Assembly: GCA_023418995.1 (NCBI GenBank) | Contig: JAEZYP010000037.1 | Coordinates: 48,041-112,040, forward strand | DNA length: 64,000 bases | Origin: Bacillota bacterium | Lineage (GTDB): Bacteria > Bacillota > Clostridia > Oscillospirales > Acutalibacteraceae | Direction of reading: 5' to 3' | Part shown: one piece after another, positions 16,122 through 24,700 of the stretch | Layout: each line of letters begins with the position of its first letter | Position numbering within the stretch: position 1 is the stretch's first letter | Made by a program: the position numbers and the translations under genes | The notes under the pieces: generated by a model | The model's input: the letters and a program-made list of their open reading frames with translations, nothing else | Told to the model about the DNA's origin: nothing | Database searches by the model: none

Positions 16122-16831
16122 ATTTTGTCCTCCTTTAAAAATTTGTTGATAAAGTACTGCTGACCTTTGCCGGTAATCTTTGTGGTTTTAGTTGTAATTA
16201 CTGAGCCGTCAGGGTTATTCACTGTGCGTTCCTTAATTTCCATCAAGCCGCGTTCCATGCTATATTGCGTTGGCATATTGTAGCTCTCTCCGCGAGACAT
16301 TAAGTAACCGTTATCGCGAAGCCATTGAAATAAGCGCTTTTGCCCGATCTCATGACCGTTCTGCCGTATCATTTTAGCCAAGTCGCCAATCAGTATTGAG
16401 CTTTTTGCGGTTGCTACTGCGTCCGCGAACAATATCTTTGGTGCGTCCTGCTGTACCTTTTCTTCAAGATTGTGCAGTTTACGGTGTGCAATTTCTAGCG
16501 CCCTCGCCATAACCTTTTCAGGACTGTTCCAATCCTTTTCAAGACCGATAAAATACTGCCGCGCCTGCTTGCCTTTTTCGGTACGCTGAATCATGCAGAG
16601 TTCTTTCGCCATGTCTATTGTTATTTGAGCATCTTCTCCTGGTCTGCCTCCGGTACTTTCGGTCAAAAATGTCCGAAAGTCTATCCCATCTGTAAACCCA
16701 TATTCGCACATACGTGGGAACCAATGGCGGAAATCTGTTTCAACTTCCAGAAATTTATGTAATTCTCTTGCCGACACCGTTGGCCGGTCTGAATCATAAT
16801 TGATAGCGATTAAATCGTTCGTGTTTATCAT
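16118..16831 (-). CDS. Phage antirepressor (AntA-type N-terminus plus KilAC/ANT C-terminus)
   Basis: ...VSARELHKFLEVETDFRHWFPRMCEYGF... followed by ...ILIGDLAKMIRQNGHEIGQKRLFQWLRDNGYL. Confidence 0.75.
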   Translation of the reverse strand: MINTNDLIAINYDSDRPTVSARELHKFLEVETDFRHWFPRMCEYGFTDGIDFRTFLTESTGGRPGEDAQITIDMAKELCMIQRTEKGKQARQYFIGLEKDWNSPEKVMARALEIAHRKLHNLEEKVQQDAPKILFADAVATAKSSILIGDLAKMIRQNGHEIGQKRLFQWLRDNGYLMSRGESYNMPTQYSMERGLMEIKERTVNNPDGSVITTKTTKITGKGQQYFINKFLKEDKI

Positions 16832-16855
16832 CCTTTCTTATCTGCGGCGCTCCGG

Positions 16856-17362
16856 TTAAGGAGTCCGCGCAAATTTTAATTTTGTGCTTAAATCTCGGTT
16901 TGTTCTTCCCGGCCTGTTTTCCCAACTTCCGTTTTCGCTTTTTGTTTCAGATACTTTAAACCATCCATCAGCAAGATAAATCGTTCCTTTGTGCTTTTCT
17001 GCCGTGGATGAATACGCAAGAATCCCGATTATTTGAGGCTTGTGCTTCCGTATGTACTTCCGTGCCATGCTAAGTGCATGACTTTCAGTGCAATGCGGTG
17101 TATCGTCAATAAAAACCATCCGGGTAAGTTCAAGCATATGTTTTTGGTCAATCTTAGGGCTGTTAGGTCTGCCCCACATCATTGCGCCGATTCTCTGACG
17201 GTTATCATCTAAAAATTCAAGTCTTAAAACTGCTCCAGCAGGTGTCGAATGCAAATAGTGATGTTCTACTATCCACTTATCTAATTCCGTGGAATGAACT
17301 TCTTGCAAAATTATGTTATCTCCCTCTTTCTGTCTGCGGCGATCCGTTGCAGAACGCCGCAA
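16856..17362 (-). CDS. Mom / XF1762-like GNAT-fold protein (candidate DNA-modification enzyme)
   Basis: KWIVEHHYLHSTPAGAV...IGAMMWGRPNSPKID...LELTRMVF...TESHALSMARKYI...GTIYLADGW...W..RPGRTNRD follows the recalled family pattern (..HHRHH.P..G...GRP.AR....E.TR....S.LY....GW...W...GRR.D). TTG start is uncertain. Confidence 0.5.
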   Translation of the reverse strand: MRRSATDRRRQKEGDNIILQEVHSTELDKWIVEHHYLHSTPAGAVLRLEFLDDNRQRIGAMMWGRPNSPKIDQKHMLELTRMVFIDDTPHCTESHALSMARKYIRKHKPQIIGILAYSSTAEKHKGTIYLADGWFKVSETKSENGSWENRPGRTNRDLSTKLKFARTP

Positions 17363-17430
17363 TATTGCACAATAATCCGTAACTATTTTGTTACAATAGT
17401 AGAATCTTCCCCCTTTCGTGCATTAAAGCA

Positions 17431-17459
17431 TTGACATATAAAACGACACGATGTATCAT
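17431..17459 (+). promoter_or_regulatory. Sigma-A-type promoter reading toward the repressor gene
   Basis: TTGACA, 17-nt spacer, TATCAT. Confidence 0.5.
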
Positions 17460-17555
17460 ATTTGGTGTTGAGCAAAATAAATAAACCGCGCTTTTAAAAT
17501 GTCATGTTTTAAAGGTGTTCTTTGTTATTTAATCATCATCATTGAATCTGTTATT

Positions 17556-17584
17556 AGTATATCCAAAACAATCTTGGAAGTCAA
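17556..17584 (-). promoter_or_regulatory. Sigma-A-type early (lytic) promoter reading toward the Mom-like and antirepressor genes
   Basis: Minus strand: TTGACT, 17-nt spacer, TATACT. The spacer coincides with the left arm of the operator palindrome. Confidence 0.5.
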
Positions 17585-17609
17585 TGGATTTTCCAAGATA
17601 GTTTTGGAT
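17561..17609. promoter_or_regulatory. Operator-like 19-bp inverted repeat
   Basis: ATCCAAAACAATCTTGGAA, 11-nt spacer, TTCCAAGATAGTTTTGGAT; 18 of 19 positions complementary. Confidence 0.6.
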
Positions 17610-17640
17610 TCTACTTTTATCACAAAGCGGTGGAAAATTT

Positions 17641-17997
17641 ATGTTAAATATATCTAAAATCAGACTATTGCTAAAAGAACAAGGGTGGAGCGCTTCTTAT
17701 TTAAGTCGAGCGTTTGATAAAGGCCCTACATGGATTGCAGATATGGAGCGTGGGCGCGGATTACCTGATGAAACAACACTTCGTGCAATTGCTGAAAAGC
17801 TTGGCACTACTGTAGAATATCTGACTGACCAAACTGACAAAAAAGAGCAAAAAAATAAGCCCGCCGCTGAAAGCGACGAGCTAAGTAAAATGGAAAAAAA
17901 CATTGTTGAATTGTTTAGGCTGATTCCGTCTGAAAAGCAAGAAACAGTTTATCGGATGATAGAGGCTGCTCTAAAGAGTCAAGGATTATTGAAATAA
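17641..17997 (+). CDS. XRE-family repressor (CI-like; no S24 peptidase domain)
   Basis: HTH_3 pattern ...KEQGWSASYLSRAFDKGPTWIADMERGRGLPDETTLRAIAEKLGTTVEYL. Divergent from the early operon. Confidence 0.75.
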   Translation: MLNISKIRLLLKEQGWSASYLSRAFDKGPTWIADMERGRGLPDETTLRAIAEKLGTTVEYLTDQTDKKEQKNKPAAESDELSKMEKNIVELFRLIPSEKQETVYRMIEAALKSQGLLK

Positions 17998-18291
17998 CAA
18001 TTTCCGCAGATTTTACCGGGTCTGATGATTTCTCAATCATTTGTATGATATTTTCCTCATATTCGTTTTCCAATACAATTACCCCATTCGTATTTTTTCA
18101 TTCCCCTACAGTTTACGCTCCATGGGTTGGTCACTTCCTTAAAAATATCTTTTAATGACAATATCGGCATTTTGCTGATATTTTTCACAGGAAAACATTT
18201 CCTGTGAACTTATGTTCTATTATATCACAAATTTTAAACTTTTCAAGCACTAAATATAGGTTTTAAAGTCTATATATTGGGGGGTTATAAT

Positions 18292-19368
18292 ATGGCCAAC
18301 GCAAAAAAACTGCCAAGTGGAAAATGGCGTACTCTTGCATACGGTGGAAAAGATGAAACAGGCAAAAGGATATACAAATCGTTTACTTCTGCTGATAAAA
18401 AACAATCCGAATTCCTGGCGGCAGAATACGAATTAAAGCATAAGGCTGAAAACAAATCCTCAAAATTAACATTCCAAAAGGCTGCGGATCGTTACATTGA
18501 AAACAAAACCAATCTTCTTTCACCGGCAACAATCCGTGGATACCGGATAATGCAAAAAAATTGTTTTGATCTGATGCTTAACAAAGAATTAGAATCTATA
18601 TTTTCCAGCGATATCATTCAGAAGCAAATGAATGAAAACGCAAAAGAGTACGCGTCCAAAAGTCTTAAGAATCAATTTGGCTTTATCTCTGCTGTGATGG
18701 GATATCACAAATATCATATTGATAATGTAACGCTTAAACCGTCTGAAAACAAGTCGCTTAAAGTTCCCACCAAAAGCGAATCATTAAAAATCATGAAACT
18801 TTTGGAGTCCGCGCCGGAAATTGAATGTCAGGTGTTGCTTGCACTCACTTGCAGCCTGAGGCAGAGCGAGATCGCCGCAATTAAAACAGAAGATATAAAC
18901 GGAGACCAAATATTTATACACGCTGCACTTGTCCCCAACGAGAATAATGAATGGATATATAAATTAACCAATAAAACAAAAGCCAGCACACGGACAATTG
19001 ATATGCCAAAATACCTTTCTAAAAAGATTGCTAAAATAGCAGAGTCAAAAAAAGATGGTTATATTTTTAACACAAGCCCTATAGTTGTTTTAAAACGGTT
19101 CAAAAAATTGTTGCGTGAAAATGGTATGCCTGAGTATACGATACACAGTTTAAGGCATTGCTTTGCCGCTACATTACACGCTCAAAACGTACCGGATAAA
19201 TACGTAATGAAAATGGGTGGATGGGCTAGTGACCACGTTTTAAAAAAGGTTTATCAATACGCTTTTGACGATGAAACAAGCAAAATTAAAGTCGAAACGA
19301 ATAAGTATTTTGACAGCATTTTAAATCAAGATGCAACACAAAAAGCAACACAAAATAAAAACACATAG
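18292..19368 (+). CDS. int: Tyrosine-type phage integrase
   Basis: MANAKKLPSGKWR... start; HSLRHCFAATL (HxxR) and ...GGWASDHVLKKVYQY (catalytic Tyr region). Confidence 0.9.
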   Translation: MANAKKLPSGKWRTLAYGGKDETGKRIYKSFTSADKKQSEFLAAEYELKHKAENKSSKLTFQKAADRYIENKTNLLSPATIRGYRIMQKNCFDLMLNKELESIFSSDIIQKQMNENAKEYASKSLKNQFGFISAVMGYHKYHIDNVTLKPSENKSLKVPTKSESLKIMKLLESAPEIECQVLLALTCSLRQSEIAAIKTEDINGDQIFIHAALVPNENNEWIYKLTNKTKASTRTIDMPKYLSKKIAKIAESKKDGYIFNTSPIVVLKRFKKLLRENGMPEYTIHSLRHCFAATLHAQNVPDKYVMKMGGWASDHVLKKVYQYAFDDETSKIKVETNKYFDSILNQDATQKATQNKNT

Positions 19369-19395
19369 GTTCAGAGCCAATTATAGGCTATTTTT

Positions 19396-19423
19396 GAGGG
19401 TTCAAATCCCTCTTTCTCCGCCA
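19396..19423 (+). other. attR core: 3' fragment of a tRNA-Ser-like gene (T arm, acceptor 3' strand, G73, CCA)
   Basis: GAGGG-TTCAAAT-CCCTC-TTTCTCC-G-CCA. No D or anticodon arms upstream, because the integrase CDS occupies that space. Confidence 0.7.
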
Positions 19424-19550
19424 AACAGCTAATAAAGTCGCATGAATGCTGAATTATTTCAGTAAACCATGCGGCTTTTGTTTTGCCTAAAAGTGTTATT
19501 TTGAGTATCCAAAAGTCAATAAATAGCACTTTATTGCTACTGTGTATCCA

Positions 19551-19580
19551 AAAAAATACCCGCCAATTTTTCAGCGGGTA
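19551..19580 (-). terminator. Intrinsic terminator downstream of the diguanylate cyclase gene
   Basis: Minus strand: TACCCGC, 10-nt loop, GCGGGTA, then TTTTTT. Confidence 0.55.
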
Positions 19581-19786
19581 CATAAATTATCCCAAAGCTT
19601 TCCGGTTTGCTTTCAAGCATCCCGATTCTTTGGTCATGGTTTTTAAGGATATCCCCCATCGGATTGAAAGTGATTCCATTTTTTCAGACTTATCCTCAAC
19701 TTTGTCCAGCCGCTCTTAAAGCAACCAGCCAAGGCAGCCAACTATTTCCATCCATTTAATAATCCCCAATAGCAGAAATGAATCTT

Positions 19787-21325
19787 CTAAAATTCGGCGG
19801 TAACGCAGTTTTTGCCTTTCGCCTTTGAACGATAAAGCGCTTGATCTGCCCGTTTAATAGAATTAAGACAATCCATATCCGTATCCGTAAAATAAGATAT
19901 CCCTACTGAAATGGTAATGCGCCGCCTTACGTTATCGGTTGCACATTCAAATTCAGGCTCCATAACAACTTCACTCAGCTTGTTTGCAAAAGAGACCGAA
20001 TTCTCTTTTCTTAATCCGTTGCATATAATTAAAAACTCATCTCCGCCCCACCGGCACAAATAATCCGTGCTGCGTATGTTTTGATTCAGTATTCCCACTG
20101 TTTGCTTAAGCACAAGATCTCCTTTGTCGTGTCCGCACAAATCATTTACTTGTTTGAAATTGTCAATATCAAACATAATAACCGCAGCATTTTGCCCAGT
20201 GGTTTTGTAATGTAAAAAAGCGGAATTCAAGTGGTTATCTGCGCCTCTTCTATTGTAAGCTCCGGTTAGAGAATCCTTATACAGCCCATCGCTATACGCT
20301 TTGCTGGTTTTTTTAAAGTACCATTTTTCCATCAGGGTAAAAAACACCAAAACTAAGACTACTAAAAATAGTGTAATCGCTGCTACCGTAATTACATTGT
20401 TTTTTAAACTTTGTTCATGCTGGAGTGCCGATTTATCCACATAAGCTGTAATATCATCCAGGTGCATACCCATCGCAATAATCCAGTCATACTTCTTATA
20501 CAGCTTTGCGTAGGTTATTTTTTCAGAAACGATATCGCTATTTTTCTTAACAAAGAAGTAGTTAAAAAATAGCTCGCCGTCCTTCTTAACCCCTTCAAGC
20601 TCAGTCAAGTAGGGGTGATTTCCCTTAATATCCGTCATGCTCGTTGAAAGATACATACCCTCGGTATTTTTAAGATTTGGGTGAATCCGCCGAATCGCAT
20701 AATTTTCCCCGCCATCATAGTTGACAACTTCGTTTACCCAAATGTATGCATTATTAGAGAACTTGTTCCGATATATTTCATCATAAATTTGAGATTTTAC
20801 CCGATCATCAATAATTTGCTGGCTGACATAAAAAACAATATGAACATTTTCATTTGTGAATTCAGTAAAAACGGGGCAGGAGGTTTTTATCTGCAGCATA
20901 TCGTCTGCACTTAAAATGCTGCTGCTATGATTAATTCCTTTGGATTGGTATCGGATTTTTTCAGTTTGAGGATCAATTATAAACACAGAAAAATCTTCAT
21001 TTTCATCAAAAAGCTTGATGCTTGCGTCTAAAAAGATATCATTTGTGGAATAGCTCAGACCTGCCAGCGAATTTTTAATACTATTGGCCAGATTAAGGTA
21101 GTATTTCGCTTGATTATTTTGCATCTGTTCAATATCCACTATAACATTATTTACCGTATCCTTAATAAAGCTTTTCTTTGTCTCTATAATACTCTCTCTT
21201 ATTGTCTCATAATTCTCTTTTTCTATTTTACTAACGGAAGTAACATAAGCTATACTATTAGCTATCCCCAAAGCTATTAGCGCAGAAATGATTAGGGCAC
21301 GATATTTAGTCCTGATCTGCTCCAT
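19787..21325 (-). CDS. Sensor diguanylate cyclase (TM, Cache-like extracytoplasmic domain, TM, GGDEF)
   Basis: RWGGDEFLII active site with an RSTD I-site 5 residues upstream. Two hydrophobic segments flank a ~280-aa domain. ATG 21325 is preferred (GGTGGGAG RBS). Confidence 0.85.
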   Translation of the reverse strand: MEQIRTKYRALIISALIALGIANSIAYVTSVSKIEKENYETIRESIIETKKSFIKDTVNNVIVDIEQMQNNQAKYYLNLANSIKNSLAGLSYSTNDIFLDASIKLFDENEDFSVFIIDPQTEKIRYQSKGINHSSSILSADDMLQIKTSCPVFTEFTNENVHIVFYVSQQIIDDRVKSQIYDEIYRNKFSNNAYIWVNEVVNYDGGENYAIRRIHPNLKNTEGMYLSTSMTDIKGNHPYLTELEGVKKDGELFFNYFFVKKNSDIVSEKITYAKLYKKYDWIIAMGMHLDDITAYVDKSALQHEQSLKNNVITVAAITLFLVVLVLVFFTLMEKWYFKKTSKAYSDGLYKDSLTGAYNRRGADNHLNSAFLHYKTTGQNAAVIMFDIDNFKQVNDLCGHDKGDLVLKQTVGILNQNIRSTDYLCRWGGDEFLIICNGLRKENSVSFANKLSEVVMEPEFECATDNVRRRITISVGISYFTDTDMDCLNSIKRADQALYRSKAKGKNCVTAEF

Positions 21326-21560
21326 TTTTCTCCCACCTATCACTACACTCTGTACGACGACTGAAACGGCAATTTAAAAAGTATGACAAATTGCCAGCAA
21401 AGATATCATGAAGGAGCTTTCATTCTGCTCGCTTGCATTTCTTCCAAATACCTGTTGCTTCATACCTGTTTATTCAAAAGGAGAAAAGCTACCTGCCGTA
21501 TTTGCTGAATTTTATCTGTACTACTTATTTTTATTTGATTATTTCAATTGTTATGGTTTA

Positions 21561-21589
21561 ATTATAACGGCTTATCAACTATTTTTCAA
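21561..21589 (-). promoter_or_regulatory. Near-consensus sigma-A promoter for the cyclase gene (~210-nt leader)
   Basis: Minus strand: TTGAAA, 17-nt spacer, TATAAT. Confidence 0.55.
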
Positions 21590-21675
21590 CAATTTTCGAC
21601 AGTATTGGAAGGCACTCTTTCAATGAGCAAGCCCGAATTGATTACTCTGCTGAGAAAAGGGTTGCCTTAATGCCA

Positions 21676-21715
21676 GAGCGGCGGCTTTGAATGCATCAAT
21701 TCAAAACCGCCGCTC
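21676..21715. terminator. Long hairpin downstream of the DUF5107 gene (possible bidirectional terminator)
   Basis: GAGCGGCGG...CCGCCGCTC with an inner TTGAAT/ATTCAA stem. The T-rich tract lies only on the + side. Confidence 0.4.
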
Positions 21716-21734
21716 ATTATTCTTTGATTTCTGT

Positions 21735-24700
21735 TTATTTCTTGCCCGGGCCGCTGTTCTGGAACAGCTTTTGATGCAGCACGGCCCCCATATGGGCACA
21801 ATCAATTTTTAATGTCTCATCGCAGGCTTTTACAGCTCTGTTCCGATAGCCAAGCCCGCAGCAGCCAAGCGCAATCAGATACAGGCAATGCGCACGGTTG
21901 CGTTGGTTCAAATCCTCGTCAAACAACTGTAAATCCGGCAGAGAAACCGCGAAATAATCAATGCGTACATCATCAAAGATATGCTTTTCGCCGTAATCAA
22001 CGAGCTTATTAAAACGACTGAACGCTTTTTCTGCTTGGCCAAGCCTTTGAAGGGCAAGACCCTGATAAAAAATCATGTCGGCAGGCTGATCATTGTAGTA
22101 CATCATCCCCGCAGGTTCCTGGTCACCAGCAGCCGCAAGCTCCCAGCTCCGTTTTGCCCCCTCCGTGTCACCCAGAGCTTCGCAGGCACATCCGAGATAA
22201 TAATAAATATCGTTATTCTTTTCGCCTTCCAGCTTTCCCTCGCCCAGATTTTCGGGGAAAATAAGCGCTTTTGTCAGCAGTTCCTTCGCTTTTGCCGCCT
22301 CACCCGCTTCCAGCGCTTCCCTTGCCAGCTCCACCAGCGCGAGCATATACTGTTTGGTTACCTTTCCTTCACCGCCCTCCCATGGATGGAACTTGCGGAT
22401 TTGGGTGTGCTCATAAGCCTCTTTATGACGTCCGAGCAGATTAAGCAGTGTAATATACTCCACACACAGGTCGTCCCGCTGCTCAAATACGTCTTTGTTC
22501 GCGTCATAATTTCTGACGCGCTCGGCGGGTGACATACCGCGTTTTTTATAAAGCTGGTCAAGCTCAAGAAACACGCGCGCATCGGTTCTATCCAAAGCAA
22601 ATGCGGTTTCCAGTGCCTTCTGCGCTTTGTTCGGGTCATGCTCCTTATTGTAATAGGCCAGAGAAAGATTGCGCCACGCAGTCGGAAAACTGTCGTCAAG
22701 CTGTACGGACTTTTCCCAAAGCTCACGTGCCTTTTTATACTGCCTGCGGTCGTACCAGAGGTTGCCCAGATAATAGGGTGCCTTTGCGTCTGACCGAGCA
22801 GTTTCGATGGCAAACTCCAAAACGGGGATATCGTCCAGCCGGTTCGGGAAGCAGTACAGCGGGCTGCGTCTCACGGCTTCTGCAAGAGCCGCCTGACTTG
22901 CTTCGTCATTGCCGAACAACGCCTGATAATAAGCTTCGTAATAAGCAAGCATCGGATGTTCCGCAGTGCACAGGTTCAAAACACCAATCGCTTCCTCAAG
23001 GCAGCCACAGGAGGCATATTGGGAAGCAGACGCAAGAAAGGTCTCCGGCTCGTTGCGCATTAGGGCAAGCGTTTCCCCGTGACCAATTCCGGTCAGGGAA
23101 GCCTGCTCCAGGCTGGAAACATAATCAAACGGGTCCAGGCGGAGATTTTCCGCCAACCATATCTTCGCTTCTTCCGTTTTCCCAAGCTTCCGCAAAATCA
23201 GTGCCTTCAGGGCGCGTGCTTTGATATTGTGAAGGTTCTTTACCAAAGAACGCTCCGCGTAGCCCAGAGCCTCCTCCCAACTGCCCTTGCCCGCAGCGAT
23301 CGCGGCAAGGTGATAGAAGGACATTTCCTGCTGCGCACTGGTCCAGGTAGCCTTGTAAAACGCATCGAAGGCTTCGTCATTTCGTTTCTGATACAGCAGA
23401 CTGAGTCCCAGATTATAATAAGGCTCACTGTCATACGGATTCGGATTTTTCCATATGATACGTTCTACCGCTTTGCGGAAATACGCTTCGCTGTCGCGGA
23501 ACAATCCCCTTCGGAACAGCAGCAAACCGTAAGCGTTGTTCAAGCGGCTGTCTCCCGGGTCACGCCTTAGACCTTCCAGATAATACGGGTCGGGAAGGTA
23601 GGTTGCGTGGCGGTACTGCTCGATATGTAACCCGGTCAGGTAGAGCTCTTCATTAGTCGGAATTTCCTTTGGGTCCTTCGCGGGTTGTGCCGGTTCGGGG
23701 ATTTTCTCAATCTTATCCGGCGAAGGGGTGTAGCTGAGCATCAGACGCCCCGCTTCATCGAAAACAGATAAGGTCAGTTCCTCTTTTCGAATCCCTTCCG
23801 CTGGAATTCTCGCGGTCAGAACATCGTTTGGTGAAATGGTTTGAACCGCTTCGTACAGAGTGGTACTCCCAGCTTGCAAAAGAATTTTTGTTTTATTGTA
23901 AACGCCGGTAGCGTATACGCAAAGCTCTGCGGCTTTTCCGTCTGCTTCCAGATTCAGAACAACCTCTGTGTTTGCGTTTTTAACACTTCCGGCCTTTTTG
24001 TAGGGCATAAAATACTGGGTAAAGCATTTTTCCTCGAAGGGCTTGAGCCATGTAAAATCCGGCTGGTTGTCGGTAAACATGCCGGTCATCAGCTCAATGT
24101 AGGGACCGTTTTCATCCGTGAGATTTCGGTCCCACGCCTTTCCGAATTCGCCGCTGCCCCAGGTCCACTGCTTTTTGCCCGGCGAAACATGGTGATCGGC
24201 GATATGCAGAATGCCCGCTTCTACGCTGTAGTCATAGCCGCCAACAAAATTAAAGTCGGAATGGTATGCCATATAAGAGGTCGGCACGGGGATGTTCTTA
24301 TAACGGGAAATGTCCACACCGGCGCCGTAATCATGCTTGTAATACACACCCGTGGCTACGGGAAATTTAGAGACATCACGCTTTCCATGATCCATGACCG
24401 CGTGAACGTCCGGCGGAAAAATGGATTGGGTGTAATCATTCACGCTTACGGCAGGATTCGCCCACCACAAAAACGTTTGCGGCATATCCGTAGGATTATA
24501 GAGCTGCCCCTTAATTTCTATATAAGCCCGGTCTGGATAGAGGGTGAAGCTTGCCATGCCCTTCGTCCCGTTAATTTTGTCCGTTTCGCTGACACGCACA
24601 GTCCTGCTTCCGTCGGAGTTTTCGCACAGCGTGTAATCCACGGGAGAGAAGGTGGAGGGGCGGTGATGCTGCGGCCAGTTGAATTCAATTCCGCCGCTGA

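Larger units (their letters stand above)
1..19423. mobile_element. Prophage right arm (partial; continues left of the window): packaging genes, early/replication/recombination genes, lysogeny switch, integrase, attR
   Basis: Contiguous minus-strand chain of short overlapping phage-type genes (TerL, TerS, HNH, Erf, SSB, antirepressor). Divergent XRE repressor and tyrosine integrase follow. Ends at a tRNA 3' fragment. Visibly more AT-rich than 21.7-34.6 kb. Confidence 0.9.

Noticed and set aside
19335-19423. A complete tRNA-Ser gene at the prophage end
   Set aside because: The sequence upstream of 19396 (integrase 3' end and AT-rich spacer) has no acceptor 5' strand (GGAGAAA), D arm or anticodon arm. 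Only the 3' fragment is present.
19371-19583. 70-aa minus-strand ORF and the 19483-19719 plus-strand ORF
   Set aside because: The first reads across the tRNA fragment and a terminator hairpin. The second crosses the same terminator. Neither has an RBS or a motif.
21344-21553. c-di-GMP riboswitch in the long leader of the diguanylate cyclase gene
   Set aside because: I could not find the conserved GEMM-I elements I remember (for example CGCAAAGC and the paired GNRA/receptor hairpins).
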